From a virus: a stretch of 41,100 nt of DNA. Shown here one piece after another: positions 1-8,300 of this stretch (positions are counted from its first letter, which is position 1; each line of letters begins with the position of its first letter). The position numbers were made by a program, and so were the translations under genes. Under the pieces are notes generated by a model. It did not search any database and was not told where the DNA came from. It was given only the letters and a program-made list of their open reading frames with translations. Location: the IMG/VR virus record IMGVR_UViG_3300005439_000007, positions 1 to 41,100 of that record; one strand, given 5' to 3'.

Positions 1-40
1 CAACATCCCGCTGCCTCCGCCGATGCCCGGCACGCCGACG
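1..40. repeat. Terminal overlap copy 1 (identical to 41061..41100)
   Basis: caacatcccgctgcctccgccgatgcccggcacgccgacg is present at both window ends. Confidence 0.95.
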
Positions 41-238
41 GCGATGCTCGGCATGTTCATCGCTGGTGGCGGCGCACCTCCAGGCGGCCCGGGACCGGGA
101 GCGCCATCACCCGGCGGCAGCCCTTCCGGGCCGGGCCCGTCTGGACCTCAAAAACGCGATTCGAGCGGCGTGAAGCTGCCGGATGCGTCGAAACCGCCTC
201 CGGGCGCAAACGTTCAAGCGCAGCCATCAGCTGCATAG
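1..238 (+). CDS. Portal protein, C-terminal end (continuation of 39127..41100 across the junction), Pro/Gly-rich tail
   Basis: The frame of the 39127 ORF (..LNIPLPPPMPGTPT) continues from base 2 to TAG at 236-238. Listed ORF 23..238 is the same frame. Confidence 0.8.
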   Translation, partial: NIPLPPPMPGTPTAMLGMFIAGGGAPPGGPGPGAPSPGGSPSGPGPSGPQKRDSSGVKLPDASKPPPGANVQAQPSAA

Positions 239-244
239 GGACCT

Positions 245-1483
245 ATGGAAGCACCGTCTACGTCATTGCCTGCGACACCATCGAACTTCGGCGACGTCGC
301 CGCCGCACGCGGCGCAGCTGCCGAGTCCACCGGCGGCCTATTCCAGCCTCAGACCGGCGGCGATCTCCCGCGTCAGGCGTGGTCACCGCCGCCGCAAAAG
401 GCCGACCCGAGCGCGACCAACCGCGCCAACTCGGCGGCTGCAGAAGACTTCGGCGCGGGCGCGCGCGACTCGGACGAGAGCGAAAACCCGCTGCTCGAGC
501 AGCCGAACCAAGAAACACCGCCCGAGGAGCAACTCTACGACGAGCATGGCGACCCGATCGACATGCAGGCGTACGAGCAAGCCCGCGCCGAAGTCATGAA
601 CAAGGTGCGCGAGCGGCTCGACGAGGGGCAGTTCCCCTTCGACGAGCTGAAGTCGCTGCCGGTGACGGTGAAGGTGAACGGCGAAGAGCGGCAGGTGTCG
701 CTCGAAGAGATGCGCGACGGCTACATGCGCACCGCCAACTACCATCACCAGCTGAAGCAGGCGCATCAGCTACGCGATCAAGCCCAACACGTGCTGAACC
801 TCGAGCGTGCGCGCAACCAGGAGTGGAAGGACCCAAACCAGCTCCGCGCCGGCATGCGGATGCTCGGGCTCGAGGACTCGTTCATGCAGGCGGCGTTTCA
901 GTGGGCGCGCGAGCAGGTCGCATACAACAAGCTTCCGCCGCGCGAGCGCCAGCTGTACGACGCGATGCGAGCGGAGAAGCAGCGCGCCGAGGCGATGGAC
1001 GCGCAGCTTCGCCAACAGCAGATGATGCAGCGCCAGCAGCAAGGGCCCGACCCCGCGACGATCCACGTGGCCAAGCAGATCGAACAGCTCATGCCGCGCG
1101 CGCTGAAGGCGGCTGGTGTGGGCATGTACCCTCTGGCGCAGCAGAAGTTCGTCGAGAACCTCGCGCTCATCTGCCAGGACGGTCAGGTCGACGCCGACCG
1201 CGCGATGGAAGCAGCGCGCTCGACCCGCGAGTTCCTCGAGGACTTGGCGCGCTTGAACGGCGGCCAAGCACCGCGCGCGGCGCGCCAACTGCCGACCGAG
1301 CGTGCGCCGCACGAAGCGACGCCGCAGGTCAATCCGTCCTACCCGCTCGGACCGCGGCGGCTCGCTGGCAGCGCGCGGCCGCAGATGATGCTGGGCGCGT
1401 TCGCCGCTGGTCAGACGGCGAACGGCAACGCCACCAAGCGGCGTAGCCCGAGTGGCTTCAACACGCGATTCGGGCTCGGATGA
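245..1483 (+). CDS. Putative scaffolding protein (412 aa)
   Basis: Lies between the portal and capsid genes. It has a Q/E/R-rich helical or coiled-coil body and a disordered P/A/S-rich N-terminus. AGGGA sits 4 nt upstream of the ATG. Confidence 0.6.
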   Translation: MEAPSTSLPATPSNFGDVAAARGAAAESTGGLFQPQTGGDLPRQAWSPPPQKADPSATNRANSAAAEDFGAGARDSDESENPLLEQPNQETPPEEQLYDEHGDPIDMQAYEQARAEVMNKVRERLDEGQFPFDELKSLPVTVKVNGEERQVSLEEMRDGYMRTANYHHQLKQAHQLRDQAQHVLNLERARNQEWKDPNQLRAGMRMLGLEDSFMQAAFQWAREQVAYNKLPPRERQLYDAMRAEKQRAEAMDAQLRQQQMMQRQQQGPDPATIHVAKQIEQLMPRALKAAGVGMYPLAQQKFVENLALICQDGQVDADRAMEAARSTREFLEDLARLNGGQAPRAARQLPTERAPHEATPQVNPSYPLGPRRLAGSARPQMMLGAFAAGQTANGNATKRRSPSGFNTRFGLG

Positions 1484-1707
1484 ACCGCGACGAGTACGTC
1501 TCGAAAGCCGAGCTCGCGCGCGAAAAGCAGCGAACCGACAAGGCGAATCGTGGCCTCGTGTCGGTGGTGCAGCACCTCATGAAGCAGCTGGGAGCGGCGG
1601 AGGTGCGCCTACCGATCGCAGAGCTCGACGAGGAGCACCGGGTGTCGATCGTCGCTGACGGCGACACCCTCGTCGTTTCGCTGCGGCCAGCTCCCGACAG
1701 GCATTGA
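1480..1707 (+). CDS. Hypothetical protein (75 aa)
   Basis: ATGA overlap with the scaffold stop and GC3-rich codons. Confidence 0.6.
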   Translation: MNRDEYVSKAELAREKQRTDKANRGLVSVVQHLMKQLGAAEVRLPIAELDEEHRVSIVADGDTLVVSLRPAPDRH

Positions 1708-1732
1708 CAATCCACAACCGCGGTTGTGGAAT
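1704..1732 (+). promoter_or_regulatory. Candidate promoter TTGACA-N17-TGGAAT with a perfect 20-bp palindrome (1711..1730) filling the spacer
   Basis: TTGACA at 1704-1709 overlaps the TGA stop of the upstream gene. TCCACAACCGCGGTTGTGGA is self-complementary. The site is 140 nt upstream of the capsid gene. Confidence 0.4.
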
Positions 1733-1784
1733 ACTAACAACCTCGCTCAGTAGAACCGCCCGACGGCCGAGTAGCAGCCCCTGA

Positions 1785-1801
1785 CCCGCGATGAACGCGG
1801 G
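1785..1801 (+). other. Hairpin CCCGCG-atgaa-CGCGGG in the capsid gene leader
   Basis: 6-bp GC stem with a 5-nt loop in the 168-nt intergenic region. Confidence 0.4.
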
Positions 1802-1875
1802 CGCTCAGGCAAGCCAAGTGAAACGCGCAGACGGACACCGGCAATCGAAGAAGCGCTTGGGATCTCCCAACCGTT

Positions 1876-3180
1876 TTGGTGATTGCAGTGTCATCTCTCG
1901 CGAACTGGCTACCTGACTACAAACAACGCTACGGGGAGTTCACCAACCCGCTCCCCGAAGAAAACACGATCGCGGATTGGTTCGACTTCGTCCCGCAAGA
2001 CCAGCGGCCCGGTCAGAATTTCAATTTCCCGGTCGTCGTTCAGAACGAGCACGGTCAAACCGCCGACAACACCGGCACCGCGTTCACGCTGAACTCGGCG
2101 ATCGACAGCGTTCTGAAGAACGCGCAGATCGACGGCTCGACGCTCGCGCTCGTCGGCAACATTCCGTACGACGTGACGTTCCGCGGCCGAAACGGCGCGG
2201 GCAACGGCGGCAACGGCGGCGCGTTCCGGTCTGCATTCGAGCTGAAGACCAGCTTGATGATGCAGTCGATGGAGTTCTACCGGGAGATCTCTCTCCTCTA
2301 CGGTGCGGGCTCCACGACGACGGCTGCGTCGAACATCGGCGTGGTGAACGGCGCGACCGGCACGAACCTCGGCACCGGCGCGGGCATGGCGATCACGATC
2401 ACCGCGGCTTCCGCGGCGCCGGCCATCTACAACAACCTGATCGGCGCGCTGGTGGACGTGTACCAGAGCGACGCGACCACGTTGCGCGCCAGCGGTGTGA
2501 GCGTGACTGCGTTCACCGCGAGCACGGGTGCAGCTGGTAGCTTCAACACCGTCCAGCTCTTCAAGACATCGTCAGCGACGGTCGTCGCGGCGAACGACAT
2601 CATCGTTCCGGCCGGCTGGCTGTCGAAGACGTGCGTGGGCGTCGAAGCGATTTTGACCAACAGCGGCACGCTGTTCGGCATCAACGCTTCGACCTATCCG
2701 ATGTGGAAGGCGGCGACCTTCAGTGCGGCGAGCGGTGCGCTCAACCGCGCCAAGGTGCTCGGTATGATGGCCAAGCTGTTCCCGAACGGCTTGGATCAAG
2801 GCGGCCGTCTCTTCGCGTCGGCGAACACGTTCGCTGACCTCGCGGAAGAGGCCGATGCGCTGCAACGCTTCACCGGCAACACCGACGAAGTGAAGCGGCA
2901 GGGCGCGAACGCGCTCGAGTACAAGTCGCCCGCTGGACCGGTCAGCGTCGTTCTTCACAAGTACATGAAGAACGGGCAGGCGATGTTCTTCCCGCGCGGC
3001 ATCGGCAAGCGCGTCGGATCGACGGACATCACGTTCCGCGGTGAAGGCCAGGACTGGTTCTTCCTCGAGCTGCCGAACAACGCGGGTTGTCAGCTGCGCG
3101 TGATGAGCAACCAAGCGCCGGTGCTCCGCATCCCGTACCGCTGCGCGATCATCAACAACATCGTCAACAACAACACCTGA
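1876..3180 (+). CDS. Major capsid protein (about 434 aa; TTG 1876 or GTG 1879 start)
   Basis: It follows the scaffold gene and has a size typical of HK97-fold or P22-type coat proteins. It is flanked by the promoter-like site and a strong intrinsic terminator. No database search was done. Confidence 0.7.
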   Translation: MVIAVSSLANWLPDYKQRYGEFTNPLPEENTIADWFDFVPQDQRPGQNFNFPVVVQNEHGQTADNTGTAFTLNSAIDSVLKNAQIDGSTLALVGNIPYDVTFRGRNGAGNGGNGGAFRSAFELKTSLMMQSMEFYREISLLYGAGSTTTAASNIGVVNGATGTNLGTGAGMAITITAASAAPAIYNNLIGALVDVYQSDATTLRASGVSVTAFTASTGAAGSFNTVQLFKTSSATVVAANDIIVPAGWLSKTCVGVEAILTNSGTLFGINASTYPMWKAATFSAASGALNRAKVLGMMAKLFPNGLDQGGRLFASANTFADLAEEADALQRFTGNTDEVKRQGANALEYKSPAGPVSVVLHKYMKNGQAMFFPRGIGKRVGSTDITFRGEGQDWFFLELPNNAGCQLRVMSNQAPVLRIPYRCAIINNIVNNNT

Positions 3181-3186
3181 TTCTCT

Positions 3187-3232
3187 GCCGCTGACGGCGG
3201 CGTCGCACCCGCCGTCAGCGGCTTTGATGTTT
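3187..3232 (+). terminator. Rho-independent terminator after the capsid gene
   Basis: Perfect 14-bp stem GCCGCTGACGGCGG / CCGCCGTCAGCGGC (3187-3200 / 3209-3222) with an 8-nt loop, followed by TTTGATGTTT. Confidence 0.8.
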
Positions 3233-3243
3233 GGAGAAAACCC

Positions 3244-3930
3244 ATGGCCACACAGGACGACGACGAGAACAAGAAGTACGCGCAGTCCAACAGCGCGCGC
3301 GGTCAGGCACAGCAAAATGCCAACTCGAACGCGTCGCAGCCGACCGATGGTGGCATGGGTGGCGGCACGAATACGGCGCCGGCACGATCGCAGCAGTCAG
3401 TCGCATACCCGTTCCAGCGCACGCTGCAGACGCCGAGCGCATCGCAGCCCGGCCAGCAAACGGCGATGCCGTGGTCGCAGATGGCTCCGAGCATGGCGAA
3501 CTTCGGCCGCTCAGCGACGCCATGGGCGCAGACGATGCAGGCGCAGCAAGTGCCGCAGACGCCCATGCAAGGCCAGCAGGCGGCTCCGCAAGGCATTCCA
3601 AACTGGCAGGCGCTGATGCAGCGCTTTGGCGGAGGCAACGCCGCAGGACAGGCGACGGCGCCATCGCCGGCCTTCCAGCAGCCTCGCTTCCAGATGCCAT
3701 GGATGCAGGGCGGCGGACAGGGCGCAGCTGGTGGCGGCGGCTTCCAGCTTCCGCCGTTCTTGCAGCAAGCCGCGCAGGCGATCGCCGCTCGTGGCGGCGG
3801 TGGATTCCAGATGCCTGGTTTCGGTGGACCGCAAGGTGCGACGCCTTCGTGGGGCGGCGGGATGGCGATGCCCAACTGGGGCGGCGCGCAGGGTCTGCCG
3901 ATCTTCAACCAACAGCGAAATGTGTACTGA
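3244..3930 (+). CDS. Q/G/M/P-rich low-complexity virion-module protein (228 aa)
   Basis: GGAG RBS (ttGGAGaaaaccc ATG). Composition is dominated by Q, G, A, P and M, with repeated FQ(M/L)P and GGGG motifs. It sits directly after the capsid terminator. Confidence 0.7.
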   Translation: MATQDDDENKKYAQSNSARGQAQQNANSNASQPTDGGMGGGTNTAPARSQQSVAYPFQRTLQTPSASQPGQQTAMPWSQMAPSMANFGRSATPWAQTMQAQQVPQTPMQGQQAAPQGIPNWQALMQRFGGGNAAGQATAPSPAFQQPRFQMPWMQGGGQGAAGGGGFQLPPFLQQAAQAIAARGGGGFQMPGFGGPQGATPSWGGGMAMPNWGGAQGLPIFNQQRNVY

Positions 3931-4301
3931 TGCTGCCGTTCATCATCGCGGCGGCGGCTTCGATCCTGTCGAATCAGCAAAAGAAGCGACAGGAAGCCAA
4001 CCAGCTGTATCTCGATCAGCTTACGCAGAATGCGCGCGAGCTCGGCGGCAACACGCGCATGGCCGACCTCTATCGCGGCGAAGCGCAGATCGGCTCACAA
4101 GGCGCTGACTACGGCAGCGCGTTGGGGCTCGTCGGCAAGCTGGGAGGCAGTGGCGGCTCGGATAGTGGCGACGTGGACGTCACGCCGAACGATCAGACGT
4201 TCGGGGAAGGCAGCGACATCGACGCGCTGCTGAAGGGCTGGAAGCAGGACGACCCGAACAACGACGATGACTTCGCACTCCTGGGGGTTCGTCGCCGGTG
4301 A
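3930..4301 (+). CDS. Small membrane-anchored protein (123 aa)
   Basis: TGATG junction with the upstream gene. It has an N-terminal hydrophobic helix (MLPFIIAAAASIL) and an acidic C-terminus. It is the last third of listed ORF 3231..4301. Confidence 0.6.
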   Translation: MLPFIIAAAASILSNQQKKRQEANQLYLDQLTQNARELGGNTRMADLYRGEAQIGSQGADYGSALGLVGKLGGSGGSDSGDVDVTPNDQTFGEGSDIDALLKGWKQDDPNNDDDFALLGVRRR

Positions 4302-5317
4302 ATACGACCGACCTACTCACTCGCTGTCGCCAAGCAGCGTTTCTCGAGGACACCGCAACCGATTACACGGACAGCGTCATCCTCGGGCAGATGTACGACC
4401 AGATGCTGCAGCTCTACGAGCGCGCGGTCGTCAAGTCGCGTCAGGGGTACTGGTTCCAAACGCAGAAGATTCCGGTGACGGCTGGGCTCGCGACGTATCC
4501 GATCCCCGCGCGCGCAGTGATGAACACGATGGAGCGCGTGCAGATCGCCTACGACAGCACGCTCGACTACGCCGACTTGAACCGCGTCGATGAAGGGCAG
4601 GCGCCGAACTACGAGCTTGGCGTCGGACAGACTGGACAGCCCGCGCGTTACACGACCCGCGGCCGCAACATCGTTCTTCTGCCGCTGCCTGACAGCAGTG
4701 TGTACACGCTACGCGTCGAGTTCTACTGCCGCCCGTCGCGGCTCGTTCCTCCGCAAACGGCATCGACGAACGGACTCATCACCGCAATCAACAACGTCTC
4801 GAAGACCGTCACGGTGTCGGCGGACACGACATCGTTTGACAGCACCGGATCACAGACGAGCATGGCGGCCGGTACGTGGTCGATCGACATCATCAGCGGC
4901 AACGGCACGCCTGCCGGTCTTCTGAATCTGTCTTCAGACACGACTGATGGCAACTGGCACGACTTCGTGATCACGAGTGCGAGCGCCACGGCTTCGACAC
5001 ACGTGTGGACCTTCACGGACTCGACGATCGACCTGTCGGCTGTGCAGGTTGGCGATTACGTGCGCGCCGCGAACCAGAGCGAGTGGCCGCAGATCTCCAG
5101 CGACTTTCACCGCACGGTCGCAGATGCCGCCGCCGACAAGATTCTCATCGAGCGGCGCATGTCGAATCCCGACCTCACGCAGCGACTCGCCGATGACCTC
5201 GCGCGCTTCCTCGATCTGCTGCAGCCGCGCGCGCTCAACACGCCTGCTGCTGTCGTGGTTGCGCCGGTGAGCATGTACCGCGGACTGCGGCGCGCGTGGC
5301 CGGTGAAGTACCCATGA
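4298..5317 (+). CDS. Virion structural protein (339 aa), adaptor or tail-tubular-A-like by position
   Basis: GTGA overlap start. Its position between the head genes and a large tail-like protein is the only basis; no motif was recognised. Confidence 0.4.
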   Translation: MNTTDLLTRCRQAAFLEDTATDYTDSVILGQMYDQMLQLYERAVVKSRQGYWFQTQKIPVTAGLATYPIPARAVMNTMERVQIAYDSTLDYADLNRVDEGQAPNYELGVGQTGQPARYTTRGRNIVLLPLPDSSVYTLRVEFYCRPSRLVPPQTASTNGLITAINNVSKTVTVSADTTSFDSTGSQTSMAAGTWSIDIISGNGTPAGLLNLSSDTTDGNWHDFVITSASATASTHVWTFTDSTIDLSAVQVGDYVRAANQSEWPQISSDFHRTVADAAADKILIERRMSNPDLTQRLADDLARFLDLLQPRALNTPAAVVVAPVSMYRGLRRAWPVKYP

Positions 5318-7938
5318 CGCAGCAGCTCGTATTGAGGCCGCTCGGGCTCATCACCCAGCCAAACAAGCTGGGGACGATCCCGCAGGGCGCGCTCGCGCTC
5401 GCGGACCAATGCTACATGCGCCAGCCCGGCACGATCGAGAACGCCAACACGTACGCACAGAAGGGCGACTCGATCATCGCCAATGCGACCGGTACGAGCA
5501 TCGTCGTTCCGACCGATGGCCCCTACGTCTACTTCAATGAGCTCAGCGGTAGCAATCGCCTGTACGGATGGGTCGACGTCACCAACAATGCGAGCTACCC
5601 GTTTGGCTTCGGCTTATTCGAAGACGAAGCGAGCAACCTTCAGACGCTGAGGACTGATGGTCGTTTCTCGACGACGATCAACCATCAACGTTTGCTCGTC
5701 GCGGCGACGCTCGGAACATTCGTCAACGACCTTCCAACGCATTCGAACACGCGCAGCAGCGGGCTTCTACAGCCGGGGATCAGCAACATCAGCGTGCCGA
5801 CTGCGACGGGATCCGCGCTTCCTGTCAACACGCACGCGATGTACACGGCCACATACGTGCGCCGCTTCGCGGACGGTTATGAGATCGTCTCGCCACCGTC
5901 TCTCGCGATCGAGGCGATCAACGCCAACACGAATGCGACGAACACGTCGATTCAGTTCAACTTCACGGTGCAGTCGACGAACGGCTACGTCGTCGCAGGC
6001 GATTACGTCCAGGTGTGGCGCACGAAATCGCAGGCCTGGAACACCAGCACCAATACGTACACGAACACGGGCAGCGACTACTATCTCGCGCTCGAATATC
6101 GGCTGACGGCAACCGACATCTCGAACGGCGGCATGACGCTGACCGACAGCGTTCCAGACGCATCGCTTGGTGAAGCGCTCTACACCAACGCTGGCGTCAA
6201 GACGCAAGACGGCGTCGCGCTGCCGAGCCCCACGTGCAAAGCGATGTGCACGTTCAAGGGCTACACGTTCTTTTTCAACCGCACCGATCCGCCAAAGTTC
6301 TCGGTGAAGTCGCCCACGTGGTGGGGGCTCATGGGAAACTCGTCGACCGGCCTCAATGCATCGATCCGGGCCAACGGGATCGGCATGCGCGCCGTCGTCG
6401 GCAACATCACGAACGGCAACCCGACCATCAGTTCGGTGTCTGCTGGCGATCTCGTAGGCGTGGTGATCGGACAGGTGAGTAACGACGCTGTGTTTGGTGG
6501 TCTCAACACGACAGTCACCGCGGTAGGCGCGTCGTCGATCACCTTCAATCGCAACTTCAATACGACCGCCACGGGAACGAGCATCAACATCGGCGACGTG
6601 CTCGAGATCGACGGCAACACGATCATCGTGTCGGTCCCGAGTGGCCTTACCGACCTCAACAACCAGTTCGGCGATCTCCAGCATGTCTGCGCGATGAACC
6701 TAAACAACATCGTCGCGCAGTCCGTTTCGACGGCCACCATCTTTCCGCGCGCCGTCCCTGCCATCGGCGTCGACATCTTCCTTCAGCGTCTCAACAGCGG
6801 ACTGAGCTCGACGTCGCTGACGGTGCGCGCCACCAATGGCCTCAACTATGTGCCCGGGTTCCCGCGCATCGAAGCCGCTGAGACTGCGCGCGCGTACACG
6901 ACGACCGAAGTTCCGAATGGTCTCAGCTGGAGTGAGCAGAACCAGCCCGAGAACGTTCCTCCGCTCAACACAGCGTTCTGTGGCAACGGGGAGATTTATG
7001 CGGCGTACCCGACGCGCGACTGCATCTGGATCTTCTGCAGCGATGGGCTCTATCGGCTGAGCGGCACAGGTGGGAGCGCGGGCGCCGAAGGCTTCGACTG
7101 GCGCATCGATCCCGTCGACTCGACGCTCATCATCGCAGGGCCGCAGGCCGGATGCGTGCTGCGTGACATGGTGTTCGCGTACACGAACCGCGGCCTCGTG
7201 ATGATCGAGAGCAACGGGATTATCAAAGAGCTTACGCTCGGTCGCGTCGATGATCGGATTCCCGGTCAGCCGTGGAACGCGCCGTCATGGTCGACGAGCA
7301 ATGCGTTGTTTCTCGTCGCCGACGAAACCAACGACGAAATCTGGATGAAGGAGACCCTGACGCCTGGCAACCGCGTTTGGATCTACAACTACATCACCGA
7401 CTGCTTCACGAACGACTTTATCGGTGTCGACACCAACTCCACCGGCGACGCTGTTCTTCACGGATGCTATTCGCGCTATGCGCAATCAACGCTCTGGCTG
7501 AGTCAGACGCAGGGTTGTCTCGTCGCTCCGAGCGTGGCCACCGCTCGCAAGCGGTTCGACTTCAAGTTTCAGACGCTGTTGGGCGACGACCCGTTTGTCA
7601 CGCGGATGTGGCAACAGGTTGAGTTCTCTGCCTATCTGCCGACGGCGTGGACGCAGGGGATTGGGCAGTCGATCACGCTCATCGTGAACGGCGACATCAC
7701 GCCGCCGCTCACGGTGTGGCCGGGAACGAACTGCGGGCAGCGTCTGTTGCAGACGCCGTTCAACTTCCAAAAGACCGACGCTCGCTTCTGGCGTACGTCG
7801 TGGTCGATTCCGCGAAACGCGCCAGCGATCGCCAACACGATCGGGCTCGAGTTCCAGTCGAGCGGAACGGCGCCCACGTTGGTGCAGGGTATTGCGGTCA
7901 AGTTCGTCGACATCACCGAACAAAGGATGCAGCGATGA
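5314..7938 (+). CDS. Large beta-rich tail protein (874 aa), nozzle or tail-tubular-B-like by position and size
   Basis: ATGA overlap with the upstream stop at 5314-5317, preferred over GTG 5296. T/S/N/G-rich composition. Confidence 0.45.
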   Translation: MTQQLVLRPLGLITQPNKLGTIPQGALALADQCYMRQPGTIENANTYAQKGDSIIANATGTSIVVPTDGPYVYFNELSGSNRLYGWVDVTNNASYPFGFGLFEDEASNLQTLRTDGRFSTTINHQRLLVAATLGTFVNDLPTHSNTRSSGLLQPGISNISVPTATGSALPVNTHAMYTATYVRRFADGYEIVSPPSLAIEAINANTNATNTSIQFNFTVQSTNGYVVAGDYVQVWRTKSQAWNTSTNTYTNTGSDYYLALEYRLTATDISNGGMTLTDSVPDASLGEALYTNAGVKTQDGVALPSPTCKAMCTFKGYTFFFNRTDPPKFSVKSPTWWGLMGNSSTGLNASIRANGIGMRAVVGNITNGNPTISSVSAGDLVGVVIGQVSNDAVFGGLNTTVTAVGASSITFNRNFNTTATGTSINIGDVLEIDGNTIIVSVPSGLTDLNNQFGDLQHVCAMNLNNIVAQSVSTATIFPRAVPAIGVDIFLQRLNSGLSSTSLTVRATNGLNYVPGFPRIEAAETARAYTTTEVPNGLSWSEQNQPENVPPLNTAFCGNGEIYAAYPTRDCIWIFCSDGLYRLSGTGGSAGAEGFDWRIDPVDSTLIIAGPQAGCVLRDMVFAYTNRGLVMIESNGIIKELTLGRVDDRIPGQPWNAPSWSTSNALFLVADETNDEIWMKETLTPGNRVWIYNYITDCFTNDFIGVDTNSTGDAVLHGCYSRYAQSTLWLSQTQGCLVAPSVATARKRFDFKFQTLLGDDPFVTRMWQQVEFSAYLPTAWTQGIGQSITLIVNGDITPPLTVWPGTNCGQRLLQTPFNFQKTDARFWRTSWSIPRNAPAIANTIGLEFQSSGTAPTLVQGIAVKFVDITEQRMQR

Positions 7939-8300
7939 CGTCGCGGTCGCCGGGCATTCGCAAACGCGTGTGGACGACGAGTCCAAGCTCGACGAACGTC
8001 GCCGAGCTCGCGCGTGATGCGCAGGGAGCGATCGACGCGGTCGACGCGAAGCTGCAGATCGCGACGTTCAAGAACGTGGCATGGGCTCCTCCGATCTCCA
8101 TCGACACCGGCGGTCGATGCCCTGACGCGGTGATTCCGGGCAGCGCGCAAAGCGTGGGTGCGCCGATCTTCGCGTCGTTCGCGAGCGGCGGTCTGAACTG
8201 GGATTTCACGACCGGGCAAGTGCGCATCACCAGCGCGCCAAGTCTTCTCGTTGGCACCGCCTACAACTTCTCGGTCCTGCTCTTCTTTGGAGGTGGGTGA
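7935..8300 (+). CDS. Hypothetical virion protein (121 aa)
   Basis: ATGA overlap at 7935-7938, in the frame of listed ORF 7647..8300. Confidence 0.6.
   Translation: MTSRSPGIRKRVWTTSPSSTNVAELARDAQGAIDAVDAKLQIATFKNVAWAPPISIDTGGRCPDAVIPGSAQSVGAPIFASFASGGLNWDFTTGQVRITSAPSLLVGTAYNFSVLLFFGGG

Noticed and set aside
3231-4301. A 356-aa ORF spanning the Q-rich gene and the following gene.
   Set aside because: The first two-thirds is an off-frame reading of the Q/G-rich gene, rich in Arg, Ala and Trp. Only the last 123 codons, from ATG 3930 at a TGATG junction, look genuine.
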